From the NCBI GenBank assembly GCA_002269645.1, contig NIVC01002023.1, positions 1 to 59,678 on the forward strand: a stretch of 59,678 bases of DNA. Direction: 5' to 3'. Of the stretch, positions 44,762 through 58,990 are shown one piece after another. The DNA is from Macrostomum lignano (taxonomy: Eukaryota). The notes beneath the pieces were generated by a model that saw nothing but the letters and a program-made list of their open reading frames with translations, was not told the origin of the DNA and did not search any database. The translations under genes were made by a program, and so were the position numbers. Position 1 is the stretch's first letter, and each line of letters starts with the position of its first letter.

Positions 44762-46931
44762 GAGTGCATGCACAAAGTTTGTTAGAAATTTATGAGTGTA
44801 GTATATGGTAAATTGAGAATAATTGAACAGAAGCAGAGCAAAAGTTATCATCTTGTGATTTTCTAATAATGAAACAGGCAATAAGCAATTTCAAGAGACC
44901 AATTTAGCCCCAAATTAATGCAACTGAACTTGGAATCGAACCCTGTTGCTAAAGTAACTGAAGTTAAACAGAGATTTTAAAGAAGAAGCAATGGTTTGCA
45001 GGTCCTTCAAATGCAACTTTAATGCCAATGTGTCATACCCCTATTGTAGCCAAGTCTAAACCACACTAGATACCCCCTTCCCTAAACCAGACTATGCCTA
45101 CATTACTAGGGCCAATCTGTGCCAAATGCTATCTATAACAATGCCCGTTGGCTGCAATAGGGTGTAATACATATAATAAAACATAAGCTTATATAAATAT
45201 ACACACATCTTTTTCTTCTAATCTAATATACAAAAAATGAAAATCTTGCTTGTTTGCTTATATGTTTGTAATTAATTATCTAAAGAATGAATCAATTGAT
45301 TTTCACCATTCCTTTACCTTTCCTTCCTTTAAGAATTCCTTCAAGAATGGCTCAATAGATGTCAAATGTGCCCAAATTGGCCTACATATTTTTAATAATC
45401 TCTAAATCATTGCTAAAGAGATCAAATATTTGAAAAAATATGTTAAACTAGCTTTTTGAATTTAATTTGATCTAAGCCAGATTTTATTGTTCAATATACA
45501 CACAAAGGAGACTCATAACCAATGCATCAGAGCAGAGCCAATTAACTGATAAGAAAATAGCTGTGGATACCAAGATAAATATTTGCTTTAAATTGCATAA
45601 CAATTGCATAATAATTATGAAAGTAATAGGGGCATTTTTACTCATATGCTCATTTGTTTCTACTTTAAGTAGGTAGGCTTTACTAAGAGCCAAAGTTTTC
45701 TTTAATATTTTAAACCAATCAGAAACAGTCAAAAATTTTGTTTAAAATACAAGAATTTTTTTAATCATCAAATTTGTTTAAACTTACTGTAGCCAATAGT
45801 GTATAACCCTAAAATGTATACAAAGGCCCTACCTGGCCAAAAAATTAAATATACCATTTCTATTACTGTTTTTTGTTTTAATCACTTGAGTTCTCTTACT
45901 CTATAGTCTATAGTCATCTGTTTAAGAAAGAAAATTTTCTAAGGTTGAAACTTTCTTTGCAAGACTTAGTTATTGTTATAGTAGTCTCTGAAGATCCTTG
46001 ACATTGAGGTTGAGAGACCTAAGTAAGAATATACAAGACTAGAGAGGCCAAGATTAGTAGGATATTAGGTATTATGCATTAAATATCATTTGTGACATCT
46101 GCAGAATTCTCTTAGGCAAAAAAACAAATTAAACCTGCAACAACTTAGTGGCACCATGGGAGTTTATAACAATAGAAGAAAAGCATCAGTTAGTATAAGA
46201 GGTAAGAAATAATTACTTTTTATTTACTAGCAAACTATTTCCCTTAGCTAGGGCCTAGTCTAATACACCAAAATCTTGCTTACATTTGTAGTTGGGCCTG
46301 GTTATCTTTCAAGGCCAAAAAGCTGAACTGATTTTCACTATTCCTTTACCAAATGATATTAATTGTGCTTTAGTCTAATGGCTGCATGACCAAGATGGCC
46401 ATAGCTCTAAATGTCTAAATAGATAATAATAAGACTAGATACATATATTTAACTCCTTTCCTTTTGTAGCCTAGTAATTAGGAAAATAGATATTATTATA
46501 TCTAGAATTGTATTATAAATATAATCATTTCCTTTGGACTTAAGCCTAGCTTTTATTGTAGCCTGACCTATAGAGGCCTATCTATTTATCTACTATATGA
46601 AGAGAGTAGTAACCTAGCACAAAATAAATACCCTATGACATTCACATATTTATCCTAATTATTTGCATAGCTAGCATTACCATTAGCAATAGTTTCTTAA
46701 TAAACAGATCATGATAGATTTGATAGATGTGATGATAGAGAATAAATTGGCACAGACACTAAAAAGATTAAAGGTTTTGTATTATAAGTAGGCCTAATTA
46801 GTTTCAAATCTATTATTGTATCAGTATTTATGAATATAATTGATTAAACAAAAATAATTTAATATAGGCCTATTATATTGCTAATTAATGATAGATAGAA
46901 AAAGAGAGTAGATATAATAAATATTCAATGT

Positions 46932-46995
46932 TGTGGCCATCTTGGTGTGTGGCCATCTTGGTGTGTGGCCATCTTGGTGTGTGGCCATCTTGGTC
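46932..46995. repeat. 16-bp tandem repeat (tgtggccatcttggtg x4), with an inverted single copy at ~46388-46400
   Basis: Read directly from the sequence. gaccaagatggcc at ~46388 is the reverse complement of ggccatcttggtc. Confidence 0.85.
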
Positions 46996-47319
46996 TTACA
47001 CCATATTGGAATAACTGCATGCATGGTATGGTATACAACTGTCTATACCACAAAGTTGTTAAATTTTAGTCAAATACTACAATTATAGTTATACTCATAT
47101 TTAACATTTAGGCAATGTCTTAGTTTCTCATGTAAAATTATTTTGACCCGATTTTCATTATATTCAGCGTAAATCATGGCCAGATGACCTCAAGTGCTTA
47201 TAATATTGTACCTTCTACCAATTTGCAGCCATTGGCTGACCTGTGACCTTGAGATCAGTCACCATGCAATCTGGTGCTGTTAATAGTTGATGCTGAGTCG
47301 ACTATGTATTGGCTGACAA

Positions 47320-47440
47320 CCTATCATTTAATAGTCAACTCAGACCCAACTGTGCACACAAATACCATTGAAGGCACCTGGGCCCACATGAAGGCAAAGT
47401 TTTGTAGTCAGCATGGTACCAGTGACAACCATTTTGACTT
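47320..47440 (+). pseudogene. Merlin/IS1016-like transposase C-terminal remnant (continues at ~51314-51420)
   Basis: SDPTVHTNTIEGTWAHMK..HGTS matches the Merlin HTNxIExxW motif. Degenerate HLGEF..W follows after the inserted element. Confidence 0.6.
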
Positions 47441-50400
47441 GGGTGATTCTCATCGAGAGGTTTCGGAGGTTTTGAGGTTTTTTTAGAGGTTTCATTTCGA
47501 ACAAATATTTTCGCGCAAAATTTTTAATTCTGCACAAAATTTGAAAGGTTACTAAAATTTAGTAATGAATACAATTTTACTTTAGAAAATAGCTCGAAGG
47601 TTTCGGATTCTTTTCAATTTTGCTTGTGATAGGTACGCGCGGAAATTATTTAACTGTTTTTAAGGGAAGACTTAGTAATGTCATTTTATGCATTATTTTC
47701 ATATTGTTTTCTTTTCATTTCATTAGCCCAAAGTTGCGAATACTCGCAAATGTGTGTTGTTCCTTTTCAATGCATATTCGTAACTATCCTAATTTTAATT
47801 TTACTAGACCTGTCCATGTGATTAAATACAGACACTATTTACCTATACAAATTTCATATTGTTTTTGACTTAGTCTTTGGTTAGAAAGCTATCAATTTTT
47901 AAGCCAGCCCTACTAATAATATAGACCTAGTCATAAAAAAGCCCTAACCATTTAACTAGTCATCTAGAATGTATAATAATTTTATATTTTAATATATTTC
48001 AATTATTTAATATTATTATTTTACATTTTACTTTACAAGCATATTTTTTATTTTTACATCATTATCCTAAATCCTAACACACTGCACATAGCATAAAAAT
48101 CTTTATTACCTAGGTCTCTAATCCTAGGGAAAATCTCCTTCACAAAACTTTGAAAGTGGCAAAATTTATTCATTTTACTGCTCTACCTCTACCTATAAAA
48201 TTGAAGGCTCTAATGATCTGAATTTTTTACAATTTAAATTTTAAATATAGTTTATTAATAGCTATTTATATTCAGTTATAATTTACATTGTTATAGGTGA
48301 GTAAAATTTCTAATTATCTTATATTTTAGTAACTTGTTTTAGTCTTTGTCTTTTAATGCAAATATTCATATTATATAGTAGCTCCTACTTATGTATGCCT
48401 AGTTATCACATTTTTATTCAATAATAATTTTATTATTTTATAAGTTAACTGTTTTAATATTAAACCAATATATTATCTTATTATTTACATGTACTTCAGT
48501 AATTATCATGCCAATGAAATGCTTTATTCAAACCATGTTAGGGAGAAGGCTATAAATATTTAGATTTTCTTGTGATGCTTAGTACTTGCTTGTATATAAG
48601 ACTAACATTGTATTTTATTTGATCAATCATGCCATCTTCCCAGAGCCCATCAAACTCTATGGGAATTTGTGCTAAGCATTGGCCTGCTAAAACACCATTG
48701 CACAATATGATATGCTTCTAGAGGCCAATTAAATTAATCCACCAAATGTCTTTCTTGACACCCCAAGGTCTTCACTACACTTGACTGCACCAAGTGAGTA
48801 AATTTTCTAAATAATGCTATCTTTCCAATATGTGAGGATCAAGGGTAGCCAATGGTTGAGGCAAGTGATGACATTCTTACATGTTACATGGCTAGTGTCC
48901 CTAAATTCCTAATGGCGCAATTTTCAGCAAAAGTTATAGCATGACCTTTCAGGGAAGTTCATTCCAATGATTAGACAGATAAAATTCCTCATTTCACTAT
49001 TACCCATAACTACAGGACATTTTGATGCGGCTCAACTTCAGCATTGTTGCTCATCATTGCAGCACCCAAGTCCCATTGTCGAATTTTTGGGCTTCCAGCA
49101 TCAACTGTTTCGATAGTCTCAATTGGAGGCCATGAAAAGCAATGTCAGGCATGCTGGTGCCAAGCTTGGAGAGGAATTTGGAGCCCACCTGATTGCCCTG
49201 CGGGAATTGTGCCAAGAGAACTCGCGCCAATCATTTTTGTCCAGCAGCAGCAGCAACAGCTAAGTGTTACTCATCCAAATGGAACTCACTACAACTGACA
49301 TAATGCGGCTGCCCGATTGCACTTTGCTGACCTTAACGGAAATCGCGCACTGAGAAGCATCGCCCATGTTCCTCAGCCTAATATTGAGGTCTCACCTTGG
49401 TGGTCTTGACAATTTATGATGCAATTTTCATAGACATGCCCATTGAACCTGGAATGCTATGCTGCATCTCAAAAAGGCTGGCTAACGTTTTTTGAAGGGT
49501 TTAGTGCGGCGAGACTCTGAGTCTGATAGATAATCCAAATGTCAGTCAGCGTAGGCCAACTGCGCAAGCTTGATCCAAGCTGATGAGCATCATGGTGGTT
49601 GCCAATTTGGCCTTGCCTTATTTTTTCAGGCCTTACATTTTTTAAAACATTGAACATTACAAGAATGCATTTCAAAAACAAAGGAGCATTTTCTATTTTA
49701 AATATCAGTATGTATACAAAATTTATCCATACATTGCTGTTACATTGCATAAATACACTATACACTAATCAAAACACAAAACACAAATCAAAACACTTTA
49801 AAAGTTCACATTTCCAATCTGTACATGAGAGAATATAAGACTTGTCTTTTTATTTACTCAGATGAAAGTGAAGTTCTTAAATTTGGGAGTTAATGCATAT
49901 GAAAGACGATGCCTGCAAAAACAAAGGCTGGAGCACCTGTGTTGGCCAGCAAGCAGTTGAAGAACTTCGGTCACTCATCTTGAAGGCAGTTCGCAGTAGA
50001 TTAGCCTCTAGGCTGTGGTTAGCACAGCCATCTTCTGTATGCTGATAACCAAACCAATTGCCACCTCAAAAGCAACCAGTCTGCCACAACTCTAAGGGTG
50101 GCGAGCTAGGTGCACCGAGTTGCGACAAGTGGGTATAGGACATGGAATGCCATAATGCCTGTTATTAGGTTAGACAAACATGAAGCATTGTTGGCCTGTA
50201 CACAGCTTAGTAAATAGGCTCAGAATGCAGGCAGGAGACCAGGCAAGTAGTAGTTTAGGCTTTGGTGCTGGCAGCTGAAACAAATCATGTTGAAATAAAA
50301 GGTATTGAATACTTTCATCTAAACTTTTCATAAACAATTTTAAATGTTAATAAACAATGATTTTCCTGTGCATTTGCTCTTGCAATCTTTAAAGAAGAAA

Positions 50401-51313
50401 ACACATTAAAAATTTAAGAAATTATATTATATTATATTAAATTATATTATATTATTATATTATTTTCGAATAAATAATGCCAAAAACTATGTCTGATGAC
50501 TTTTTAGTTTTAACTCTAATAAAACTACTGGTATCAGCTATCTAGCTTATTGCTCAAAATAGATTAGCATCGAACAAAGGTGGTGCAATGCATGTACAAA
50601 ATACAAAGTCTTACTGCAAACATTTTGTTTGTAAAAGAACTAATTTTAAAGTGTTAGCGCTTTGGTCAGCAGGAACAGTTGTGCAAGGTAACTAGTGTTA
50701 TTTATAAGAGAAAATCTAACAGTTTTTAGTAATTAAAATAAATTTTATCATTAAAAGTAAAATGCTTTGCTAGAAGAAGCATATTTGTAATTCCAGGCAC
50801 TTAGATATTTATAAAAAAACATTGAGACAGCAATACTGCTGCTATTTACTTATGTGTGTAGTATGCATGCAGTACGTCAATGTCATAACATAATTCGAAT
50901 ACAAAATGGCAGCATTCAAAAGTAAAAACGGAAAAATGGGTGAAACAGCTGTCTATGTTTTATGAGATTTCAAGCAGCGCCTTTGTCTAAGTTTTTTATT
51001 TTATTCATGCACATTAAATAGTGAATGGCGAAAGCCAATGGGAACGAGGACATTAACAGTGTCGTGTGTAGTGTATTTTTAAAAACACTGTATAAAAATA
51101 GTTAAATAATTTCCGCGCGTACCTATCACAAGCAAAATTGAAAAGAATCCGAAACCTTCGAGCTATTTTCTAAAGAAAAATTGTATTCATTACTAAATTT
51201 TAGTAACCTTTCAAATTTTGTGCAGAATTAAAAATTTTGCGCGAAAATATTTGTTTGAAATGAAACCTCTGAAAAACCTCAAAACCTCCGAAACCTCTCG
51301 ATGAGAATCACCC
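47441..51313. mobile_element. 3.9-kb DNA transposon with ~220-bp TIRs (MULE-like), degenerate interior
   Basis: 47441-47662 and 51093-51313 are near-perfect inverted repeats (GGGTGATTCTC...GAGAATCACCC). Flanks ttttgactt / ttttgacgg look like an imperfect 9-bp TSD. No intact ORF. Confidence 0.75.
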
Positions 51314-53821
51314 TTTTGACGGGTTTCCACCTCGGCGAGTTTTTCTGGCACTAACTCTATCCAAAAAGAGAGCTTTAGCAACTTTCTGTACTGGTTGACA
51401 TATTACAATGTGGTGTAATACTCCCTTTAAGACCTAAGACTCATTTTAAATCTTTAATAAACTTGCTTTTGTTTGTTTGTTTCAAATTTTATGTCAAAAT
51501 AATTTAATTTAACCCATTTAACGGGTGTGTATAAAAGCTGGCACTGGCACATTGGATACATTGGACACCCTTTTTTATAACAAAATTAGTTATGAAAATG
51601 CAGAATAAACCTGCGGAGTTACTTTTAAATAATTTTAAAAAATTGATAATAATAGAAATGACATCCTTGCTTTCGTGATAGATTATTTGTTAAATATTCT
51701 TTGTATTATCGTTTTTTGTACATGTCCTGAATTTGGCATTCGATTTTTTAAAATAATCGCACATGCAAAAACTGCAGCTTGCAATGCTATTACACTGTGA
51801 TTTTACTACCCGAAGGTTCTGTACTACAGGCGTACCGATTTAATGCTAAATATGCCTGATATATGAAATGATCAAACTAATAGTCAGAACTCAATTTTCC
51901 ATAAAATGATGAAGCATTCTGCTTTTATAAAAAAACCACAACTTATTTTGTTAGGATTACTTCATGAAGAACGAACTTTGGATATTTCAAATTTGCAAGC
52001 AAGTATTTCTATATTAAAAAAGTTAATACATTGGCAGATTATTTGATGAAAAAATTGCACCCAAAAAGTTTTTTTTACTTTGTAAGATGATGATTAAATT
52101 AATAATTTCCAAGCTTCTTCTTTTATTAGTTTAATTACTTTTTGTATGATTTCAACCAACAAAAAAGGAATAGCTACTCAGTGAAAGTTCAAATTACAGT
52201 CTCTTCTTTATATACAATCCTTTTAAGAAAACCTTTATTATTATGAATAATTTGCCAAGTCTTGATATTTAAGAAATTGTGCTAATCATTTAAATTATGA
52301 GTTAAAAAATGCAAGCATATAAGTAAAAAATCTACCTTACAGACCAAGAAGTCTTTTTACTGAAAAGTTGTATGTGATGCTTTGAATAAACAACATATAA
52401 ACCATCTTCACATAACAATTATTGTCATTTATTTCAGACCAAAATCCTTTAGCACATAAATATTCTGCACATATGTTGCAGGGTATACTTCCTTCTTCTA
52501 AAATCCTACAAATGCCACAAAGTTTTAATAGGCAAATTTATTAGTATTGTTTATAGTAATATTTCTATATTTATGAGAAGTTTTCCAATAAGAACAAGTT
52601 TCCAATCAGTAAAACACTATTTTTTAATTCTAATGTCCAGAATTATGGCATTCTAAGGGACCAAGTGATAGGTTTTAAGCTACTATTAGCACCTGCATGA
52701 TTTATTTATTTAATACCTACACATTCCTTAATGTCTATAGTTTGCCTAATTGCCTAATTGCTAACCCTAATTCTAGCCTTCTTGGCTTACAAGTTTGAGT
52801 CTTCACAGCATATTATTCAATTCAAGCCCTACTAATTTTATTAGCCTCTCTTAATTTTATAAAATAATAATTTTCTTTAGTGTAACTGCTCCAAAAATTT
52901 AAATTTAAATTTAAGTGGTGTGCCGAAACACCACTTGCACCATTACAGCCCTGTCTATAATTTTTTTGTGCTAATTGGTTGACCACTTTCAATAATTTTC
53001 TTGGGTCAAGAGTGTGATATATGCATATTGCAGCATGAATTTTTTAAAGAATCCCTAATTTTATACAAGGAATCATATATATTTATAGAAAGTTAGCTCT
53101 TAGAGTAGAGATAAAGTACATAAGACTATTAATAGCAACTTTTCATACAATTGCTTATGGTAATGATTTCTATTGTTATAAAGTTACAAATAAATAAAAA
53201 GTTACATTGCATTTAAACTGTACTTTATGAGTTGTAAGCCTTTCAACTCAGAGTGCACTTCAATTGCTTTAATATACATTGCTAGATGTTATTTAGCATT
53301 TCTTTGTTATTTATCATTTAACTCATTGCATTGTTTAATTGCTAATTTCATTTGCTCAACTGCAATATTTATTACTTTTTTATTAATGCCAATGTTTGTT
53401 ATACTTTTTCTCCCCATTTTTAGTGTTTGTGGTATTCTTTTGTCAAATTTTAATTTTTCAGCTGTATCTATCTTTACAAAAAATTGTACCTGTAAGCTTA
53501 TGGTTTTTTGCTTACAATGGTACTGTACTAAATTATATTTATTTCCTTGTTAGATTCTCTAAATTGAAAAAGTAATGCACTGCTTTATTATCATGCATAT
53601 TGAATATTAAGGATAGTTAGTATTCCTTCCTTGAAAAATATTCTAGAGTTGGATTCTATTTGATAAGAGAATAAATAATTTATTGAGTTTAAATGTTTTT
53701 AAAACATTAATTAATTGCATTTTGATGGAAATCATAACTTAAAAAATTATTCGTTTTTTTATTTAAGACACGGGGGATTTTAAAAGTCCATATTAACAAC
53801 AAATCAAACATTAACATTATG

Positions 53822-53848
53822 GGAGAGAGAGAGAGAGAGAGAGAGAGA
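53822..53848. repeat. (GA)n microsatellite
   Basis: Read directly from the sequence. Confidence 0.9.
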
Positions 53849-54213
53849 AGGATTAGATTCACTTTCACCATTGCTGTTGATTTATGAAAAGGCAGTAAAC
53901 AAGCCAGAGCAGCTGCAAATTGTCAAATATGCCATGTCCGGCTATAAAATTCTGCAACTAGTCTGCTGCTCACTTTTTCCAACGTTTATTGAGGACAAGA
54001 AACGGCATTTAATGTTTCTATGTTTTCTGTAAGTGCACCAACTAGGTAAATGAAAATGACGTACCGAAAGTAGTTCGACAATAAAGCAAGATAAGAAATG
54101 AATTTAAATGTAGAATAAAACTTGTTGATACTACTGTAGTGACCTTTGCGAAAGTTCTATAACGTATGATGTTTACTTCATCATACGTTATAGAACTGGT
54201 CCGGTGAGTCGTC

Positions 54214-55113
54214 ATGGCCGACGAAAGCGATCCGCAGCTATCGCAGCAGGCCGCAGCAGCCGCCGACAACAACCAGGCCCCGGTGCTCAACCCCACTGGG
54301 CAGCTACCTGTTCAACATACACCACCGATACTTGAGCCAAGCGTGTCCGCCGTGTCCGTTAAGGTTCCGCCGCTGTACCGGAACAATTCGGAAGCTTGGT
54401 TCCGGACCCTAGAGTCGCAATTCCACCTAGCGCGCATAACTTCGGACGAGACCAAGTACCACTACTTGGTTGCGCACCTGCCGGAGGATATCTCGTCGAT
54501 GCTGATCACGACATCAACGCCTCGACAGTACGAGCCGCTTGAAGCCGCCATCTCCAACCTTCTGCAGAAGAGTCAGCAGGAGAAGATCAACGAGATCCTG
54601 GCCACGTCCGATCTAGGTGGCGACAAGCCTTCAATCTTCGTCAAGAAGCTCAGCGCCAAGATGGCTCAGTGCGGCATGGGCTCCTGCTCCGACATGCTCA
54701 AGGCGACTCTCATCCGCTGCCTGCCCAGTGAGCTACGAGTCGCACTATCAGGCTTCCAGCAGGAATCGCCAGAGAAGCTCGCTGAAATCGCTGATTTCAT
54801 GGTCAGCTACCAGAGCTCGGCGAGCTCAGTCAGCGCTGTACAGCCGACGCCACCGCCGACCATCAACTCCAGACGGGACGAACTGCCACGCCGACAACTG
54901 CAGCCACAGACAAGCGTCACCCCGTTCAAGCCAGGACAGCGTCCGGTCGTCTGCCGGGCCCACATCTACTACGGTGAACGCGCGCTTACCTGCCGACCGT
55001 GGTGTCGTTTCCCGTCCGCCTTGGGTGGTAGGCGGCCGCGAATTCTGAGTACTCACGAAAAGACACCTGCACAGTCCAGGTCAGCCTCTCCGACACGTCA
55101 GCCGTCAAACTAG
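54214..55113 (+). CDS. Gypsy Gag, 299 aa
   Basis: [41 protein letters not shown], and a C-terminal C..H..YG..A..CRPWC motif. Confidence 0.85.
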   Translation: MADESDPQLSQQAAAAADNNQAPVLNPTGQLPVQHTPPILEPSVSAVSVKVPPLYRNNSEAWFRTLESQFHLARITSDETKYHYLVAHLPEDISSMLITTSTPRQYEPLEAAISNLLQKSQQEKINEILATSDLGGDKPSIFVKKLSAKMAQCGMGSCSDMLKATLIRCLPSELRVALSGFQQESPEKLAEIADFMVSYQSSASSVSAVQPTPPPTINSRRDELPRRQLQPQTSVTPFKPGQRPVVCRAHIYYGERALTCRPWCRFPSALGGRRPRILSTHEKTPAQSRSASPTRQPSN

Positions 55114-58100
55114 AGGGCACTGCCCAACTTGCCGCAGTGAGCAGTGCATCATCCCCGGCGGCGAGCAAGAAATTCCTGGTGGTGGATATCAAGATAGACA
55201 GCAAGTACTACCCGTTCCTGGTCGATACCGGCGCAGCAGTGTCGATAATTCCGCAGAAGCAATTCCACCGGGACCTTCAGGAGACCGGATTTCGCCTGAC
55301 CACCGCCACCGGTGCATCGATACCGGTCGCTGGAGAGATCTCGCTCGACGTCAACATCCGAGGACTCCGTCGTGAATTCCGCTGGACGTTCCTGGTCGCA
55401 TCCGTCGTACAACCTATCCTGGGGTACGACTTCCTCAGTCATTTCGAATTGATCGTCGACTGCAAGGGGCGTCGACTAGTTGACCCTACAACGAGACTAC
55501 ATACGCCATCTCTGCCGGTTACCGCAGTGGACCTCGATGAACTCGCCGTGTCGCTGGCGTATCCAGACCACTGCGATCCTCGTGTACGCGCACTCATCGA
55601 TCGTTACCGCAGCACCTTCACGTGCGTCGAAGGAGGGAGGCTACCTCCGGCCACCGAAGTTAAACATGACACGAAGCACCACATCATCACGAGCGATAGA
55701 CCACCGACGCACGCCAAAGCCCGACAGCTGCATCCGGAGAAGCTCGCCATCGCCCGAGAAGAGTTTCGGCAACTCTTGGAAGCCGGGTACCTCCGGCCGT
55801 CGTCGAGCTCTTGGGCATCACCGCTGCACATGGCTCCTAAGAAGGACGACGGCAAACCCAATGGTAAGTGGCGACCCTGCGGAGACTATCGACAGCTAAA
55901 CAAGATCACCCAGCCGGATCATTATCCCGTGCCTCATATCCAGTGTTTCACACGGTATCTCCACGGTGCCAAGGTTTTCTCCAAGCTGGATCTGGTGCGA
56001 GCCTATCATCAAATTCCAATCGCCGAAGAGGACATACCGAAGACAGCAATCATCACACCGTTCGGTCTTTACGAGTGGATCCGCATGCCATTTGGTCTTC
56101 GTAATGCAGGTCAAACGTTTCAGCGATTCATTGACACTGTGCTCCGTGGCATCGACGGCGTGCTCGCCTACGTGGACGACTTGCTAGTCTACTCCAAGGA
56201 CGAGGAAGACCACCTCCGAGTGCTCGAAAGCGTACTCCGACGCCTTGAACAACACGGTTTGAAGGTCCAGCTCACCAAGTGTGCTTTCATGCAGAAGGAA
56301 ATCACGTTTCTTGGACACCAGGTAACAGCAGACGGGATCCGGCCGCTCGAATCCAAGGTTGACGCCATCCGTGAGTGGCCGGCACCTCGCAACGCACAGG
56401 CCCTGCGCAGGTTCCTCGGCACAATCGGGTTCTACCGCCGCTTCATCCCGCATTTCAGCCACACCGCTGCACCGCTGCAAGACCTGGTCACCAAGTCACT
56501 CAAGGCGCCGCGCACGTACGAGTGGACATCGCAGCACGAGGACGCGTTCAATCAGCTGAAGGGTAAGCTAGCCGATCGTATCAATTGCTTCACCATCCCG
56601 ACCCGCAGTGTTCGTCCTACAGCCTGGTCACCGATGCCTCGGCAACCTGCGTGGGAGCCGCTCTACACCAAGCCGACGGTCAGTCGCCAGTCCCGCTCGG
56701 GCTGTTCAGCAAGACCCTTTTGCCGACGCAGCGAGCCTACTCTGCTTTCGATCGAGAACTCCTAGCAGTCTACCTGGCAGTTCTTCACTTCCGGAGCCTT
56801 ATCGAGGGCCGTCAGGTCACGATCTTTACGGATCACAAGCCCCTTGTTCAGGCCTTCCACAGCGGCAGCCAGGGTACCTCCGACAGGAACCAGCGTTATC
56901 TGAGCATCATATCCGAATACGTCACCGATGTGGTCTATATCCGCGGCTCTGACAATATAGTCGCCGACGCCCTATCAAGGTTATCCGAGTCCGGAGGTTC
57001 GCCGACGCAAACGGTTGCAGCCGCAGAGGAGACATCCCTAGAGGAACCCGTCGACTTGCCAGCCATTGCCGCAGAGCAGAAACGAATCGGGATGCAACCA
57101 AGCAACAACTGCCGATTCTATGAGTTCGACGGAAAGCAGACATTGTTGTGCGATACCTCCAGTCACTATCCTCGTCCAGTCGTCCCAGATTCGCTACAAC
57201 AGCCGCTCATTCGGCAGTTCCACCAGCTTGGCCACTACGGCGTCCGCAAGACCGCCAGCCTGCTAACAACCCGATACTTCTGGCCGAACATGCGAGATGC
57301 CATCAAACAGTTCTGTCGAGCGTGCGCAACCTGCCAACGAACTAAGATTGGGCGCCACACGACAGCCGGCAGTTCTGCGTTCGACCTACCATCGAAACGA
57401 CTCGAAGTTGTGCACATCGACATCGTCGGTCCGCTGCCTGTACCCGACCGGAAGTACGACATCTCCTGCGGTCTCACTCCTCGTTACCTACTCACGATGG
57501 TCGACCGTAGCACCAGCTGGATCGAGGCCACGCCGCTGGAATCCGTCACCGCAGAGAGTGTAGCCTCAGCATTCATATCTACCCGGATTTCGCGTTTTGG
57601 AGTTCCGCTGTACATCGTCACCGACCGAGGACCGCAGTTCGAAGCCGAGTTTTTCAACCGAGTCGCTAAGGACATCGGATTTCACCGACTGCGCACAACA
57701 GCGTATCACCCGCAGACGAACGGGAAAGTGGAGCGGGCCCACCGCACCCTGAAAGCCATTCTAAAGGCTCGCGGGAACTCCTGGCTGGAGAATCTTCCTC
57801 TAGCGCTACTTGCGATGCGCATCTCACCAAACGACGACGGCATAAGCCCATTCACTCGTCTGACCGGAGAACACCCGATGATGCGCGCGTCCTGACGACA
57901 GCCGAGGATCCAACACCCGAGATGATTCGACTGCGCCTGGATAACCTGCTTGACGACACGAGACCTCCACCAGATCGGCCTAAGCACATCCCGAGCGACC
58001 TCGAGACAGCCGAGAAGGTTTGGGTCCGAGTCGACCGAACAATGAAGCCTTTGGAAGCACCGTACCAAGGTCCCTACCCGGTAGTGAAGCGACTGCCGAA

Positions 58101-58206
58101 GTTTTTCATCATCGAAACAGCCGCAGGACGTCAGGAGTCAGGAGACGTCAGGAGACTCCATCGACCGCCTGAAGCCTTGTCGATCAACACCGCAGTCTGC
58201 ACCTGA
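55110..58206 (+). pseudogene. Gypsy Pol (PR-RT-RH-IN) in the -1 frame relative to gag, with frameshifts near 56583, 57880 and 58150
   Basis: [38 protein letters not shown] finger, DIVG/TDRG/VERAH catalytic triad, GPY motif. Confidence 0.9.
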
Positions 58207-58441
58207 CAGACGACGAGCATCTCCGACAGCCGACCCTCCCAACAGCGAGTCGACGGTGCCACAGGAATCAACATCTCAGTCGGGCACCAGGGAAGACGAC
58301 ATTAGCGACCGTAGCACGACAGCACCGACGGAGGCAGGTTCGCAGCAGACAGAGCCGGAGCGAACCAGGACGCGAACCGCGATTCATCAGCAGCAACCAC
58401 CACCATCACCAGTACGTACCAGGAGCGGCCGTAGAGTGCAA

Positions 58442-58990
58442 TCTCTACCTATAAAAATCAAAACTCTGTCTGTCTGTCTGTCTGTGTGTGGACAATTTTG
58501 ATCGCTATGGACTCCCAAACCGCTCAACCAAATTACACCAAACTTTACACCCACCCTAAACTTACTACGGAGAATGTCTTAGGCTACCTTTTAATTTCCT
58601 AAATTTGAGTCTTCCTACCTAAAAGTACAAAAAACTGCTCAAAATGCGCGATTTTTTCACTTAATCCTCCATAGCGCCGCTCCACTTCTACCGATTCTCT
58701 TCAAATTTGACACAGATAATCTTTAACTATTTTGGCACAATTTGTAAAATTTCGAGTCTCAAAGTCAATCCTGAGCGGTGCTGTGCACTTTTAAAGTTAG
58801 GCTGTTTTTTTCAGCGTAGCAACCACCCCAACCTCCGCCCGCCTGCCTCTCTTTCCCGATCCCGATCTGGGCCCAGATGTGTAAAAGGGTTTCAAAATTG
58901 GCTAACTTTCAGCTGCTATAAGTTTGCTCCACGTAAAGCGATTGACTCCAACTTGACACAATTCTTCATTGACTCATTCTCTATCTAAAT
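58442..58990 (+). mobile_element. Probable non-autonomous Helitron-like repeat (5' part)
   Basis: A|TC start, then tctctacctataaaaa..(ctgt)n..gatcgctatggactcccaaaccgctcaaccaaatt, the layout typical of invertebrate non-autonomous Helitrons. No 3' hairpin/CTAG identified. Confidence 0.45.

Larger units (their letters stand above)
54030..58441 (+). mobile_element. Gypsy/Ty3 (CsRn1-like) LTR retrotransposon, 3' end truncated, pol frameshifted
   Basis: LTR-like AATAAA region, PBS-like TGGTCCGGTGAG at ~54197, gag and pol. Ends at RTRSGRRV without a PPT or 3' LTR. Confidence 0.9.

Noticed and set aside
24233-58068. Numerous antisense or alternative-frame ORFs over the LINE, LAP exons and Gypsy pol
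   Set aside because: Shadow ORFs of GC-rich coding sequence with no independent motifs.
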